In this document: positions 55,009 through 63,183 of the stretch, one piece after another
Numbering within the stretch: position 1 is the first letter of the stretch
How the letters are laid out: each line of letters starts with the position of its first letter
From: Candidatus Nanoarchaeia archaeon
Lineage (GTDB): Archaea; Nanobdellota; Nanobdellia; Woesearchaeales; JACPBV01
Assembly (NCBI GenBank): GCA_028279655.1
Contig: JANQNH010000007.1
Coordinates: 35,338-99,337 of the forward strand
Reading direction: 5' to 3'
DNA length: 64,000 nucleotides
Notes under the pieces: model-generated
Told to the model about the DNA's origin: nothing
Database searches by the model: none
Seen by the model: the letters and a program-made list of their open reading frames with translations, nothing else
Made by a program: the position numbers and the translations under genes

Positions 55009-55662
55009 ATGGTAACAATATCCCATCTGATAAACAAGATCGTGAGTTCAAGGCCTATACTGCACGACGCTATAGATCAAGGCATAATCAGTTTTGGAAA
55101 TCTTGCAGAACAACTGCTGCCAGAGATAGAACAAGAACTGGACAAGAAGGTAAAACATTCTGCAGTGGTAATGTCCCTGAGAAGATATGCAGAAAAGATA
55201 AAAAACACCCAGGAGAGGCCAAAGTTTGACTATGACTCAGAGATCATAATGAAAACAAACCTCTGCGACATCTCTGTAAGAAAATCCCCCACCTTGTTTA
55301 CAAAACTAAGAAAGATATACGCCCTGGTCAACTACGAAAAGGGAGACGTTCTTAACATAATCCATGGAAACTACGAAGTTTCAATAGTATCCAACATGAG
55401 ATATCTGGATAAGGTAAAGAAAGAACTAAAAGGAGAAAAGGTTCTGAATATAGAAGAGGATCTCGTATCCCTTTCCCTCAACTTCTCAGGAGACTTCCTC
55501 CATACCCCAGGAATAATCTCCACAGCAGCCAGGAAACTGAACTGGGAGAATGTGAATATCTATGAGTTGGTTTCTACTCTTACTGAGTTAACCTTCATTG
55601 TTTCTAAGAAGGATTCTACAAAAGGCTATGCAGCATTGCAGAGGTTGGTTGGTGAGAATTAG
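55009..55662 (+). CDS. stand-alone ACT-domain protein (aspartokinase regulatory-domain-like)
   Basis: C-terminal HTPGIISTAARKLNWENVNIYELVSTLTELTFIV resembles aspartokinase ACT; divergent from dapB. Confidence 0.45.
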   Translation: MVTISHLINKIVSSRPILHDAIDQGIISFGNLAEQLLPEIEQELDKKVKHSAVVMSLRRYAEKIKNTQERPKFDYDSEIIMKTNLCDISVRKSPTLFTKLRKIYALVNYEKGDVLNIIHGNYEVSIVSNMRYLDKVKKELKGEKVLNIEEDLVSLSLNFSGDFLHTPGIISTAARKLNWENVNIYELVSTLTELTFIVSKKDSTKGYAALQRLVGEN

Positions 55663-55685
55663 ATAACTGATAATTCTGAATAAAT

Positions 55686-57203
55686 CTAACTAGATGGTAA
55701 TTTTGCTCCACTAGGATTTGTAATAAAATTTCCAGACAACCCAAAATATTCCGCATTTGGCTTATACCCCATTTCGGTACATTTATCATCAAGACTTTTA
55801 AAAGAAGGAGCCTTAACATTCGTAACATATAAAACCCTATTAGGATCGTCATCAGAAACCACAATCATACTAGGCCTAAACTTCCTGCTTTTGGTCTTCC
55901 TCACACACAAACCACCCGCAATTTCAGACTCTTCATATCTTAAAATATCTTCATCACCGTAAAATTCTTTCATTGCTTGCATTCCAGCTTCATAATCAGA
56001 CTCATTCACACGAAGCAAAGCCTCATATTCTCTTATTTGGTTATCCCAAGTTCTCATAAACTTTCTTTTTAGCTGGTATTCCACATTTGGAATTCCCAAA
56101 TCCCCTTGCGGATTTAGTTCAACTTTTCCTCCTCCCCCGATCATATTAACAGAATATTTGGGAATACTAGTACCTGGTTGTCCACGCAGCTCTGCAATAA
56201 GATACTGTCCAATATTAATTGGGACTATTTCAGATGCAAGCCCATCAACCTTATGGCATTGGAACATATAATAAGGTATAACCCCCATTTGATGCAGCCC
56301 TCTAAAAAGTCTGCTCAATCTTCCAAAATCATCATTAACGCCTTTAAGAAGAACAGTCTGGTTCCTTATATCAAAACCGCTATTCTTTATCCTGCTGACT
56401 GCCTTCTGCATATCTAGTGTCAATTCTTCTGGTGCATTGGCATGTGTCACAAAATAAATATTAGGTGAATTAGTATAATCCCCTGTCTTATGCTTTGAAT
56501 ATTTTGCAATAATATCAAGTTTCTCTTGTGTAACTGCAAAAGGATTAGTTACAGGGAGCCTAGTTGCGATCCTAATAGACTCGACATGAGGGCTTAATGA
56601 TTTCAGTAAATAATCCAACTGGTCGCTGGGTAACGCGAGTGGATCTCCACCTGTTAAAAGTACCTCCCATACATTGCCATTCTTTTGTACATACTCAATA
56701 CCAATTTCCCTATCCTCTTGAGAAATTATGCTATCGCTCATATCTTTTTTCCTTTGACAATGAGTACAAAAGAAATGGCATATCGCACTTAGGCTTGTCA
56801 TCATAGCCACTGTTCCAACATACCTCTGATATGCAGCACCTATAGACCTCGAACCCTCAGCCATAGGATCCTCCGAACCAACATTAAACAGGTAATGTGC
56901 AGGCGTAGGAACCCCTTGAGTAAAGATTGCATTCACTTTATCATCGATTGATATTCCCTCAGTATCAACGCCAGTAGGATTATCACCCATAAGGGCTACA
57001 CTATAAGGGAGTACTCTCATTTTCTTCCCTCTCCCAAGGGCAGAATCAATCAGCTCTACCTGCCTTGGAGTAAGTCGAACTACCTTAGCCAAATCAGAAG
57101 GATTTTCTATAGCATTCTGTCTCTGCCATGCTGGATTCTCCCATGTAATTTGATCGACTCCAAATCTTTTCCAAGGTTCCTCAATGCCAGTATAGTATTC
57201 CAT
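55686..57203 (-). CDS. kamA: KamA-family radical SAM aminomutase (lysine 2,3-aminomutase-like) with about 90-aa C-terminal extension
   Basis: CHFFCTHCQRK (CxxxCxxC), N-terminal WENPAWQRQNAI, RVLPYSVALM, LLTGGDPL; ATG at 57203 preferred. Confidence 0.75.
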   Translation of the reverse strand: MEYYTGIEEPWKRFGVDQITWENPAWQRQNAIENPSDLAKVVRLTPRQVELIDSALGRGKKMRVLPYSVALMGDNPTGVDTEGISIDDKVNAIFTQGVPTPAHYLFNVGSEDPMAEGSRSIGAAYQRYVGTVAMMTSLSAICHFFCTHCQRKKDMSDSIISQEDREIGIEYVQKNGNVWEVLLTGGDPLALPSDQLDYLLKSLSPHVESIRIATRLPVTNPFAVTQEKLDIIAKYSKHKTGDYTNSPNIYFVTHANAPEELTLDMQKAVSRIKNSGFDIRNQTVLLKGVNDDFGRLSRLFRGLHQMGVIPYYMFQCHKVDGLASEIVPINIGQYLIAELRGQPGTSIPKYSVNMIGGGGKVELNPQGDLGIPNVEYQLKRKFMRTWDNQIREYEALLRVNESDYEAGMQAMKEFYGDEDILRYEESEIAGGLCVRKTKSRKFRPSMIVVSDDDPNRVLYVTNVKAPSFKSLDDKCTEMGYKPNAEYFGLSGNFITNPSGAKLPSS

Positions 57204-57379
57204 TTTAATCAATTAATTTCTTAAATTATCTAAGGGTATAATATAGATTCTTTCTCTATCTAAGAATTTCTCTGCTATTTATACCAGTCTTATGAAACAA
57301 AGCAAATATATATAATTAAAGGAGAATTATCTTTGTAAAAAGGTAAATTTTATATAATAAAAGTAAAATATAACAAAAT

Positions 57380-58375
57380 ATGTCCAAAAAATACCAACTT
57401 ACCAACACAGAATTATCAATACTTAAGCAGTTAGAGTTAGATTCCAGAACCCCATTCTCAAAAATAGGAAAAAAAATTAGGATGAGCCAACAGAGAGTCA
57501 GCTATGGTGTAGACTCATTAATAAAGAAGAATATCCTCAACAGTTTCTATACCCTGATAGATTACTCCAAACTCGGTGTCCTGAACTTCCGTGTTTATTT
57601 CAGTGTTTCTTACACAACCGAAGATGAATTCAAAGAACTGATAAATTACCTTAGGCAGGAACCATCAACATCCTGGATAGCAACAGGAGGAGGAAGATAT
57701 GATCTGATCTGTACCTTCTTCGCATATAACCCCTCAAGCTTCAACAAGACCCTCAAAAGGGTAATGAGGGGATTCCCAAAACAATTGGAGAACTATGTTG
57801 TACTGACAACAATAGTATCGATCAATTTTGGAAGAAAATACATATTACAGAACCAGAATAAGATTCCAGAAGGCATCAATATTGGGGGGGACAGGAAACC
57901 TGTAGAACTAGGCCAGACTGATCTGAAGATTCTGAACCTCCTATCTCAAAACGCGAGGATAAACTCAGTAGAGATAGGAAATAAGCTAGAACTAACCCCA
58001 AAAACAATCATCACAAGGATTAAAAGGTTAACAAAAATAAGGGTTATAAGGGGGTTTAAACCTGCATTAAACGTAAGAGAGACCAATAATATGGTATTCC
58101 TGTTAATAGTAAGGTGTCATAATGTTGTACAGGAAGAAAAAGACAGGCTAATCAATTACCTAAAACTGCATCCCAATGTAGTCAATGTTGTAAAGACGCT
58201 GGGAGGATGGGACCTTGAGATACAGATAGAAGTAAATAGCTGGTATGAGTACAGAAAGATAGTCATCGAGATAAGGCAGAAGTTCAAATCATTGATCCAT
58301 GAGTTGGAAAGCATTCCTATCTACAAAGCATATCACAAGATAAACTACTTTCCTGGTTTTTTGCTGGAGAAATGA
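57380..58375 (+). CDS. tandem (duplicated) Lrp/AsnC-type regulator
   Basis: Two HTH_AsnC-like modules (LSILKQLELDSRTPFSKIGKKIRMSQQRV; LKILNLLSQNARINSVEIGNKLELTPKTI), each followed by a RAM-like domain. Confidence 0.7.
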   Translation: MSKKYQLTNTELSILKQLELDSRTPFSKIGKKIRMSQQRVSYGVDSLIKKNILNSFYTLIDYSKLGVLNFRVYFSVSYTTEDEFKELINYLRQEPSTSWIATGGGRYDLICTFFAYNPSSFNKTLKRVMRGFPKQLENYVVLTTIVSINFGRKYILQNQNKIPEGINIGGDRKPVELGQTDLKILNLLSQNARINSVEIGNKLELTPKTIITRIKRLTKIRVIRGFKPALNVRETNNMVFLLIVRCHNVVQEEKDRLINYLKLHPNVVNVVKTLGGWDLEIQIEVNSWYEYRKIVIEIRQKFKSLIHELESIPIYKAYHKINYFPGFLLEK

Positions 58376-58513
58376 AATACTATACTTTATGTAGTTCTTT
58401 TAGAGTCATTCTTCGATTAGGGTATTTCCTATGATGTTGCTTAATTATATCAAGCACCTCTAGAACAAACCCTTCTCTAACTTCCGTATCAACAAAATTT
58501 TCTTTGTGCATTT

Positions 58514-58518
58514 AAAAA
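58514..58518 (-). terminator. T5 run immediately after the tRNA 3' end
   Basis: Archaeal oligo-T termination signal. Confidence 0.5.
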
Positions 58519-58554
58519 CGGGCCCACGGGGATTCGAACCCCAGACCTATTGCT

Positions 58555-58568
58555 ATCTCCTAACTCAG
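58555..58568 (-). other. tRNA intron 2 (14 nt, canonical position 37/38)
   Basis: BHB: central helix CTCT/GGAG flanked by bulges TAC and ATA, next to the anticodon stem; cuts after the 2nd bulge nt. Confidence 0.7.
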
Positions 58569-58577
58569 TAAGAGGCA

Positions 58578-58599
58578 TTGGCGGAATACACAGGATTCT
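58578..58599 (-). other. tRNA intron 1 (22 nt, non-canonical position 28/29)
   Basis: BHB-like: helix GAAT/ATTC, bulge ATA, helix (A)GCG/CGC(C), bulge AAT; cuts after the 2nd bulge nt on both strands. Confidence 0.65.
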
Positions 58600-58619
58600 A
58601 TCGCTCTAACCAGGCTGAG

Positions 58620-59345
58620 CTATGGGCCCACTTCTTGTTTATCAACGATTCTCCTTAAGTTTAAAAATCTTTCCCTATGATATGGGTTACTTGGCTTAAC
58701 TAATTCAAAAAATAATCTAATAAATTTCTGATTATGTATATTTAGAACGTGAGATTCTCTATGTTTTCTAATGTTAGATGTTCTGATTCCATTTCTTTCA
58801 AGAATTCCCTTTATTTGTTTAATTAAGTTTAAATGATTCATCTTAATCTCTATATTCATATAAGTATACTTCTTTGCATGGCCCCTATATTTCTTAGAAT
58901 AACGGTCATATATACTCCCATCTGTATTAAAAATACCCCTAATACAAGCTAAAGATAACTCATTATTATCAATTATCTGCTTGGGAATCGATAGTTTTAT
59001 TTTCCTACCAACAGGAAACCCGAAATCTTTAAACCAAGAAAAAACTTCCCTACTATGGACTACATAATCAATACAATTACCCCTCTTTTCACTTCTATGA
59101 AGAAGGGATCCTTTTGTTCCAAATTCTTTAATAAAAATAGGCCTGATTACCCTTTCATAATATTCCCAATCATGTGTATGTCCTGTAAGCATTGTTACAT
59201 ACCATTTAGACTTACTAGATCTTGAATTGTGTGTAGATTAACAACCATCTCCAATCAAAGCGCCATATACTTCAGCTAATGGAACTGAAATTGAATCAGG
59301 AAGAGTTTTAACATACTTTTTCTTATTTATTTTTGTTGAATTCAT
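58620..59345 (-). pseudogene. double-motif LAGLIDADG homing-endonuclease-like gene interrupted by one in-frame TAA (59238-59240)
   Basis: Upstream piece MNSTKINKKKYVKTLPDSISVPLAEVYGALIGDGC-stop carries motif 1; same frame continues STHNSRSSKSKWYVTMLTGH... with motif 2 LACIRGIFNTDGS; stop codon lies in the tRNA acceptor stem. Confidence 0.65.
58659..58667 (-). promoter_or_regulatory. TATA-like TTTTTAAAC 37 nt upstream of the tRNA 5' end
   Basis: Lies inside the 3' end of the LAGLIDADG reading frame. Confidence 0.4.
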
Positions 59346-59547
59346 TTAACATCACCAGTAGCTATTAAGGTGAAACTACATAAATGATTTTTAGCTTCAG
59401 CAAGAATCATAATTTAGTAGTCAACCAAACTATTTAAAGTTGATGTTAAAGATTTAAAGAAAACAAAAAGTTAAGAGATAACTTATCCTCTCAGAATGGT
59501 ATTAACTATCCGATAAATATTTAAACAAAGGAATACAAGAATGGGTT

Positions 59548-59886
59548 ATGGCACATGGAGTATCTCACCATATCCACAAGAGAAAAAGGCAACACCAAAA
59601 CCTGGAGAGATTCCCACATCCACATCCATGGATCAGATTTCTCGATAACCTATTATTAGTCATAGCTATAATCGGACCATTATCCACATTGCCTCAGATC
59701 ATAAAGATATATTGGCAACAAAATGCTGTTGGGGTATCAAAACTGACCTTCTCCCTCTTCGCATTGTTCGACATACCTTGGGCCATATATGGCATTGTAC
59801 ATAAAGAGAAGCCGATAGTAGTTGCATACTCCCTATGGTTCCTTGCAAACGTGATAATAGTTACAGGAACCTTGCTCTATGGATAG
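59548..59886 (+). CDS. SemiSWEET/PQ-loop 3-TM transporter with His-rich N-terminal extension
   Basis: STLPQIIKIYWQQNAVGVS PQ motif, three TM helices; N-terminal HGVSHHIHKRKRQHQNLERFPHPHP. Confidence 0.6.
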   Translation: MAHGVSHHIHKRKRQHQNLERFPHPHPWIRFLDNLLLVIAIIGPLSTLPQIIKIYWQQNAVGVSKLTFSLFALFDIPWAIYGIVHKEKPIVVAYSLWFLANVIIVTGTLLYG

Positions 59887-59889
59887 AAT

Positions 59890-60234
59890 TCAGACCATCT
59901 TTAGTTTTCCACTAACCTTATCTATCTTCTCTTCCTTGTCAGGACCAATACCTAAGCACGTAACAGTACCTGGCTCCACAACTGTCTTGCCTGCATCCTC
60001 TACCAAGGCAGTAACTAAGTCTAAGTCTTCTGCCTGCTCTTTGTATTTCAGCAGTTCCTTTAGGTCAGCTACCTTAAGGACGACCTTTTTCATGCCTTCT
60101 GACTGCCATCCCTTTATGTCGTCTTTATGTGATCTTATCAATGCTGCTGAAGAGGCATGTGCTACTTGAACATGGGCTTTACCCGGGGGTAATTTTAAGT
60201 CCATTCTTAATAATATAACCTGTTTTAATCCCAT
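59890..60234 (-). CDS. pth2: peptidyl-tRNA hydrolase, archaeal/eukaryotic Pth2 type
   Basis: 114 aa, KQVILLRMDLKLPPGKAHVQVAHAS...VEPGTVTCLGIGP. Confidence 0.9.
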   Translation of the reverse strand: MGLKQVILLRMDLKLPPGKAHVQVAHASSAALIRSHKDDIKGWQSEGMKKVVLKVADLKELLKYKEQAEDLDLVTALVEDAGKTVVEPGTVTCLGIGPDKEEKIDKVSGKLKMV

Positions 60235-60273
60235 AGTACTGTAATTTCAATCCTAATATATAAATGTTAAGAA

Positions 60274-61515
60274 TTATCTCGGATTCCTATATTTCTGCTG
60301 AGCTTCCCCATATCTTTTCTTGACAAGAGCCATATCAGCAACATTAATCACAGAAGAACCTGCCCCTACCTGCTTAGGAAGATCAACCCCCATATTATAA
60401 GCATCATCCAGCTGTGTCCTCAGAGCAAAAGCAGCATTATAATTCCTAAGAGCCGAATCAAGATCCCCTTCCTGCATATTGAAAAATCCCAAGTGCATAA
60501 TAGCAGCAAGCTGAAGAGATTTATAATACTCTACACCCTTACCCCATGCTTCCTCTTTTACAGTATCATTAACATTCCTATCTCTAAAATCCTTCTCAGT
60601 ATCATACCAGCCCCTTTCCTCTATTACACTGTATACCTTACTGACAACAGAATCGAGATCCCTAATTGATCCCCTTATCCCTTTTCCCAAATTCTCCTTA
60701 ATTTCAACAGCTTTTTCTTCAACAATAACAGTATCTAGACATGATTTAATCGTATCCTCAGGAAATAACTCCTGCATCCATGGAAGGTCATATGCTTCCA
60801 TTGTCCTTTGCGCTCGCGCACTGGGTTTGTTAGCATTTGTACCCTCAATATACCATGTTCGGATCATAGCCATGCTCAGATAATCCTTCTCTCTTATCAG
60901 CCCATTACGATTTAATACCCGTCTACTTCCAACCTGCTGTTGTCTTATGCCCCTTAATCTTGATAACTCTCGAGCAACATAGGAAATATTCTTCTCAGGA
61001 TCAGAAAGTTTTCTCTGATAATCCCTTATTGTTTTCTCATCCACTTCCTCGAAAGCTTTCAGACTTAAATCCTTCACAACTCCATCCAAGTACATAGCAG
61101 TATTTAGTTTCATCTGCCCTGCCTCAATAGAGGCATTCCCCCCCTTGGATGATTTCCTCTCATCAGCTATATCTTGCCACTTATGCCTACCTATGTTTTC
61201 ATCATAATAATTAACAGCCACAAACCTTGCAGGAAGATCATATTTCTGAGCCTCCCTCCTAATAACATCACGATACTTAGATATAAAACCTAATTCGTCC
61301 CATTCCTTATCCTTTAATCCTGATTGTCCAGAAGCAGCAGCCTGCTTAGCCTCCTCTCTCTCACTCTTAGTAAGATGTTTAGAAAGGTTATCGCTATCAC
61401 TTAATAGATATGCTCCTCCTCCTAAAAAAGAAGCAGCTAAAGATGCACCTGCAGCCGCAACGCCTGCTTTCAAAAAGGATCTCCTCCCTTGATTGATTTG
61501 TCCTGTTTTTTTCAT
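60274..61515 (-). CDS. Tat-signal secreted protein, possible SLT-like (lytic transglycosylase) core plus TPR-like C-terminus
   Basis: GRRSFLKAGVAAAGA Tat motif; YDLPARFVAVNYYDEN...ASIEAGQMKLNTAMYL loosely resembles the SLT E-S/GLMQ blocks. Confidence 0.35.
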   Translation of the reverse strand: MKKTGQINQGRRSFLKAGVAAAGASLAASFLGGGAYLLSDSDNLSKHLTKSEREEAKQAAASGQSGLKDKEWDELGFISKYRDVIRREAQKYDLPARFVAVNYYDENIGRHKWQDIADERKSSKGGNASIEAGQMKLNTAMYLDGVVKDLSLKAFEEVDEKTIRDYQRKLSDPEKNISYVARELSRLRGIRQQQVGSRRVLNRNGLIREKDYLSMAMIRTWYIEGTNANKPSARAQRTMEAYDLPWMQELFPEDTIKSCLDTVIVEEKAVEIKENLGKGIRGSIRDLDSVVSKVYSVIEERGWYDTEKDFRDRNVNDTVKEEAWGKGVEYYKSLQLAAIMHLGFFNMQEGDLDSALRNYNAAFALRTQLDDAYNMGVDLPKQVGAGSSVINVADMALVKKRYGEAQQKYRNPR

Positions 61516-61620
61516 AGTATCTTACCTATATTTTAGCTACTTTCTAGTAGGTAATATTTAAAGGTTACGTATTTGACCTAAAAAATGCAATATTTTTACC
61601 ACTATCTAGCAACAAAAAAT

Positions 61621-61635
61621 CGAAACATTTAAATA
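61621..61635 (+). promoter_or_regulatory. BRE/TATA promoter CGAAACATTTAAATA with no ORF downstream
   Basis: Identical to the MNT-2 promoter 15-mer. Confidence 0.55.
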
Positions 61636-61654
61636 TAAGCTATTCATTACTATA

Positions 61655-61731
61655 TAGTAATGAAATGAGCTTAGGCTCAGCCCAGGATGAAATCCCCCAA
61701 AACCTTTTTCTGCCTGGGTACTTCTTTTTTT
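61655..61731 (+). ncRNA. candidate small RNA (about 75 nt), unclassified
   Basis: Follows a consensus promoter; hairpins GAGC-ttag-GCTC, CCCAGG...CCTGGG enclosing GGAT-GAA-ATCC; ends in a T7 run (61725-61731); ends are estimates. Confidence 0.3.
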
Positions 61732-61917
61732 AACTTAAAAGTTAATATTCCCTTTCATCACTCTAGCCAACTCGTAAATATTTAAATATCACTCAAATCA
61801 GCAATATATCATGCAAAAAAAACAAACATTGGAACTGCCTGAAAGGCTATATCCAGAAATTGAACTGCCAAAGTGGATGACAATCCAGGAGAAAGCGGTT
61901 ATCAGGTTTGATGACCT

Positions 61918-62988
61918 TTAGATTTTAAGTTTCTCATTATCAACTGTGATTTCTGGATCTTTGAATATTTGATCTAAGTGAATAATAGCATAGATGCTGC
62001 CCCCAAACCAGTAGTTTGAGCCAATACCTATATGTGCTGTTCCTAGTGTCTTCTCATCTACAAGCGTAGAACCGATAAGCTTAGCATTTGGATTTAGTCC
62101 AATACCAAACTCCCCTACCCTATAGACACTTTTAGGATGTTTTGACCTTCCTGCAGCCCATTTCAGTGTGTTCTCCAGCTTCTTTGCCTCTTCTCCACCA
62201 CCAATGCTAACTATGCTTCCTTCCTCCACCTGCAAGGTGATAGGTTTCTTAATCAGGGTCGTATGCTTATGGTTTCTAGAGCTACCATCAATGACAATCT
62301 TTCCTTCTACCTTTTTCCCTTTGCAGGGGATATATACCTCTCCTGCAGGAAGATTCCCTCCTTTTCCTGGCTCATGATACGTTCCATCAGCTGCTATTGC
62401 TTTCATGCCTTCTATACTATAGTGAAGATCCGTACCTGCATTAGTCTTAACATGCATGTCCTTTGCCCCATCAAGGATACCCTTTATCTCGCTATGCTTA
62501 GCACTCATCGGCTTATAATCAACATCAACAGCAGATATCACATCCTTGAGCTTTTCAGTAGGCAGGTCCCCTAAGCTCAAGGCAGACACAAACCTATGCT
62601 TCTTCTTCTCGCAGAACTTCCTAAAGCTCTTTCCAATTTCCTTAAGAGAACCAAGCTTGTCAGACATATTCACAAAAACAACATTCCCATCCTCCAGGTT
62701 GCTCAAGGAATCGACAATAACATCATCAGCAGGATTCCCCCTGGACCTGGCATCCTGAAGGACTAATTTCGTATCCATATTAAGGGACTTAGCAGCAAGA
62801 TAATAGGCTCCGCTCATTACTGGTGCAATCCTCTTCTTATTGAATCCCTTATCACCCATAATGAGAATCTTCTCATCAGTAACCTTAAAGCAGGGATTAA
62901 ACACCTTCTTAAGATAGAAAGAAGTCTCCTGCGCCAGATCATAAAGATCATTAGCCTTTAACCATTGGATAGATTTTATAGTATCCAT
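61918..62988 (-). CDS. M29-family (AmpS/PepS-like) aminopeptidase
   Basis: NLPAGEVYIPC, EFGIGLNP, GTAHIGIGSNY blocks; ATG at 62988 preferred. Confidence 0.65.
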   Translation of the reverse strand: MDTIKSIQWLKANDLYDLAQETSFYLKKVFNPCFKVTDEKILIMGDKGFNKKRIAPVMSGAYYLAAKSLNMDTKLVLQDARSRGNPADDVIVDSLSNLEDGNVVFVNMSDKLGSLKEIGKSFRKFCEKKKHRFVSALSLGDLPTEKLKDVISAVDVDYKPMSAKHSEIKGILDGAKDMHVKTNAGTDLHYSIEGMKAIAADGTYHEPGKGGNLPAGEVYIPCKGKKVEGKIVIDGSSRNHKHTTLIKKPITLQVEEGSIVSIGGGEEAKKLENTLKWAAGRSKHPKSVYRVGEFGIGLNPNAKLIGSTLVDEKTLGTAHIGIGSNYWFGGSIYAIIHLDQIFKDPEITVDNEKLKI

Positions 62989-63183
62989 AAAAAACAAGTT
63001 TTACAGTTGATTAATAAAAGTTTCGTTTAAGTATCCAACTATTCTCCATTTAGTCAAAGATTAAAAAAATAGACAAATCAGGAGAAAAAGCCTTGTAAAT
63101 GATAATTTAAACCTTCAATTTTTATCATTTTAAAATAGTAAAAAAACAAAAGAATTAAATAGGCAGTAAGATTACCTATTTAT

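Larger units (their letters stand above)
58519..58629 (-). tRNA. tRNA-Lys (anticodon CTT) with two introns
   Basis: Acceptor GGGCCCA/TGGGCCC, D arm GCTC-AGCCTGGTTA-GAGC, T arm TGGGG-TTCGAAT-CCCCG, variable AGGTC; removing 58578-58599 and 58555-58568 gives anticodon arm ATTGC-CTCTTAA-GCAAT and a 75-nt mature tRNA; no encoded CCA. Confidence 0.8.

Noticed and set aside
58380-58511. 43-codon minus-strand ORF (MHKENFVDTEVREGFVLEVLDIIKQHHRKYPNRRMTLKELHKV) between the tandem-Lrp gene and the tRNA
   Set aside because: It fits the gap neatly and might be a real micro-protein. But I recognise no family, no clear RBS or promoter is present, and it lies directly downstream of the tRNA terminator. The evidence is insufficient to call it.
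58519-58629. Reading the tRNA as tRNA-Arg(CCT) with a single canonical intron
   Set aside because: The loop ATCCTGT directly after the D arm looks like an anticodon loop. However, its would-be stem ATAGA has no complementary 3' strand anywhere before the variable loop, and no BHB motif can be drawn. The two-intron Lys(CTT) solution gives a perfect arm and two BHB motifs.
59238-59240. TAA reassigned as a sense codon (alternative genetic code)
   Set aside because: TAA terminates many well-defined genes here at the positions expected from homologues (e.g. ribB at 397-399, and the membrane gene at 27182-27184). A genome-wide recoding is therefore not supported.
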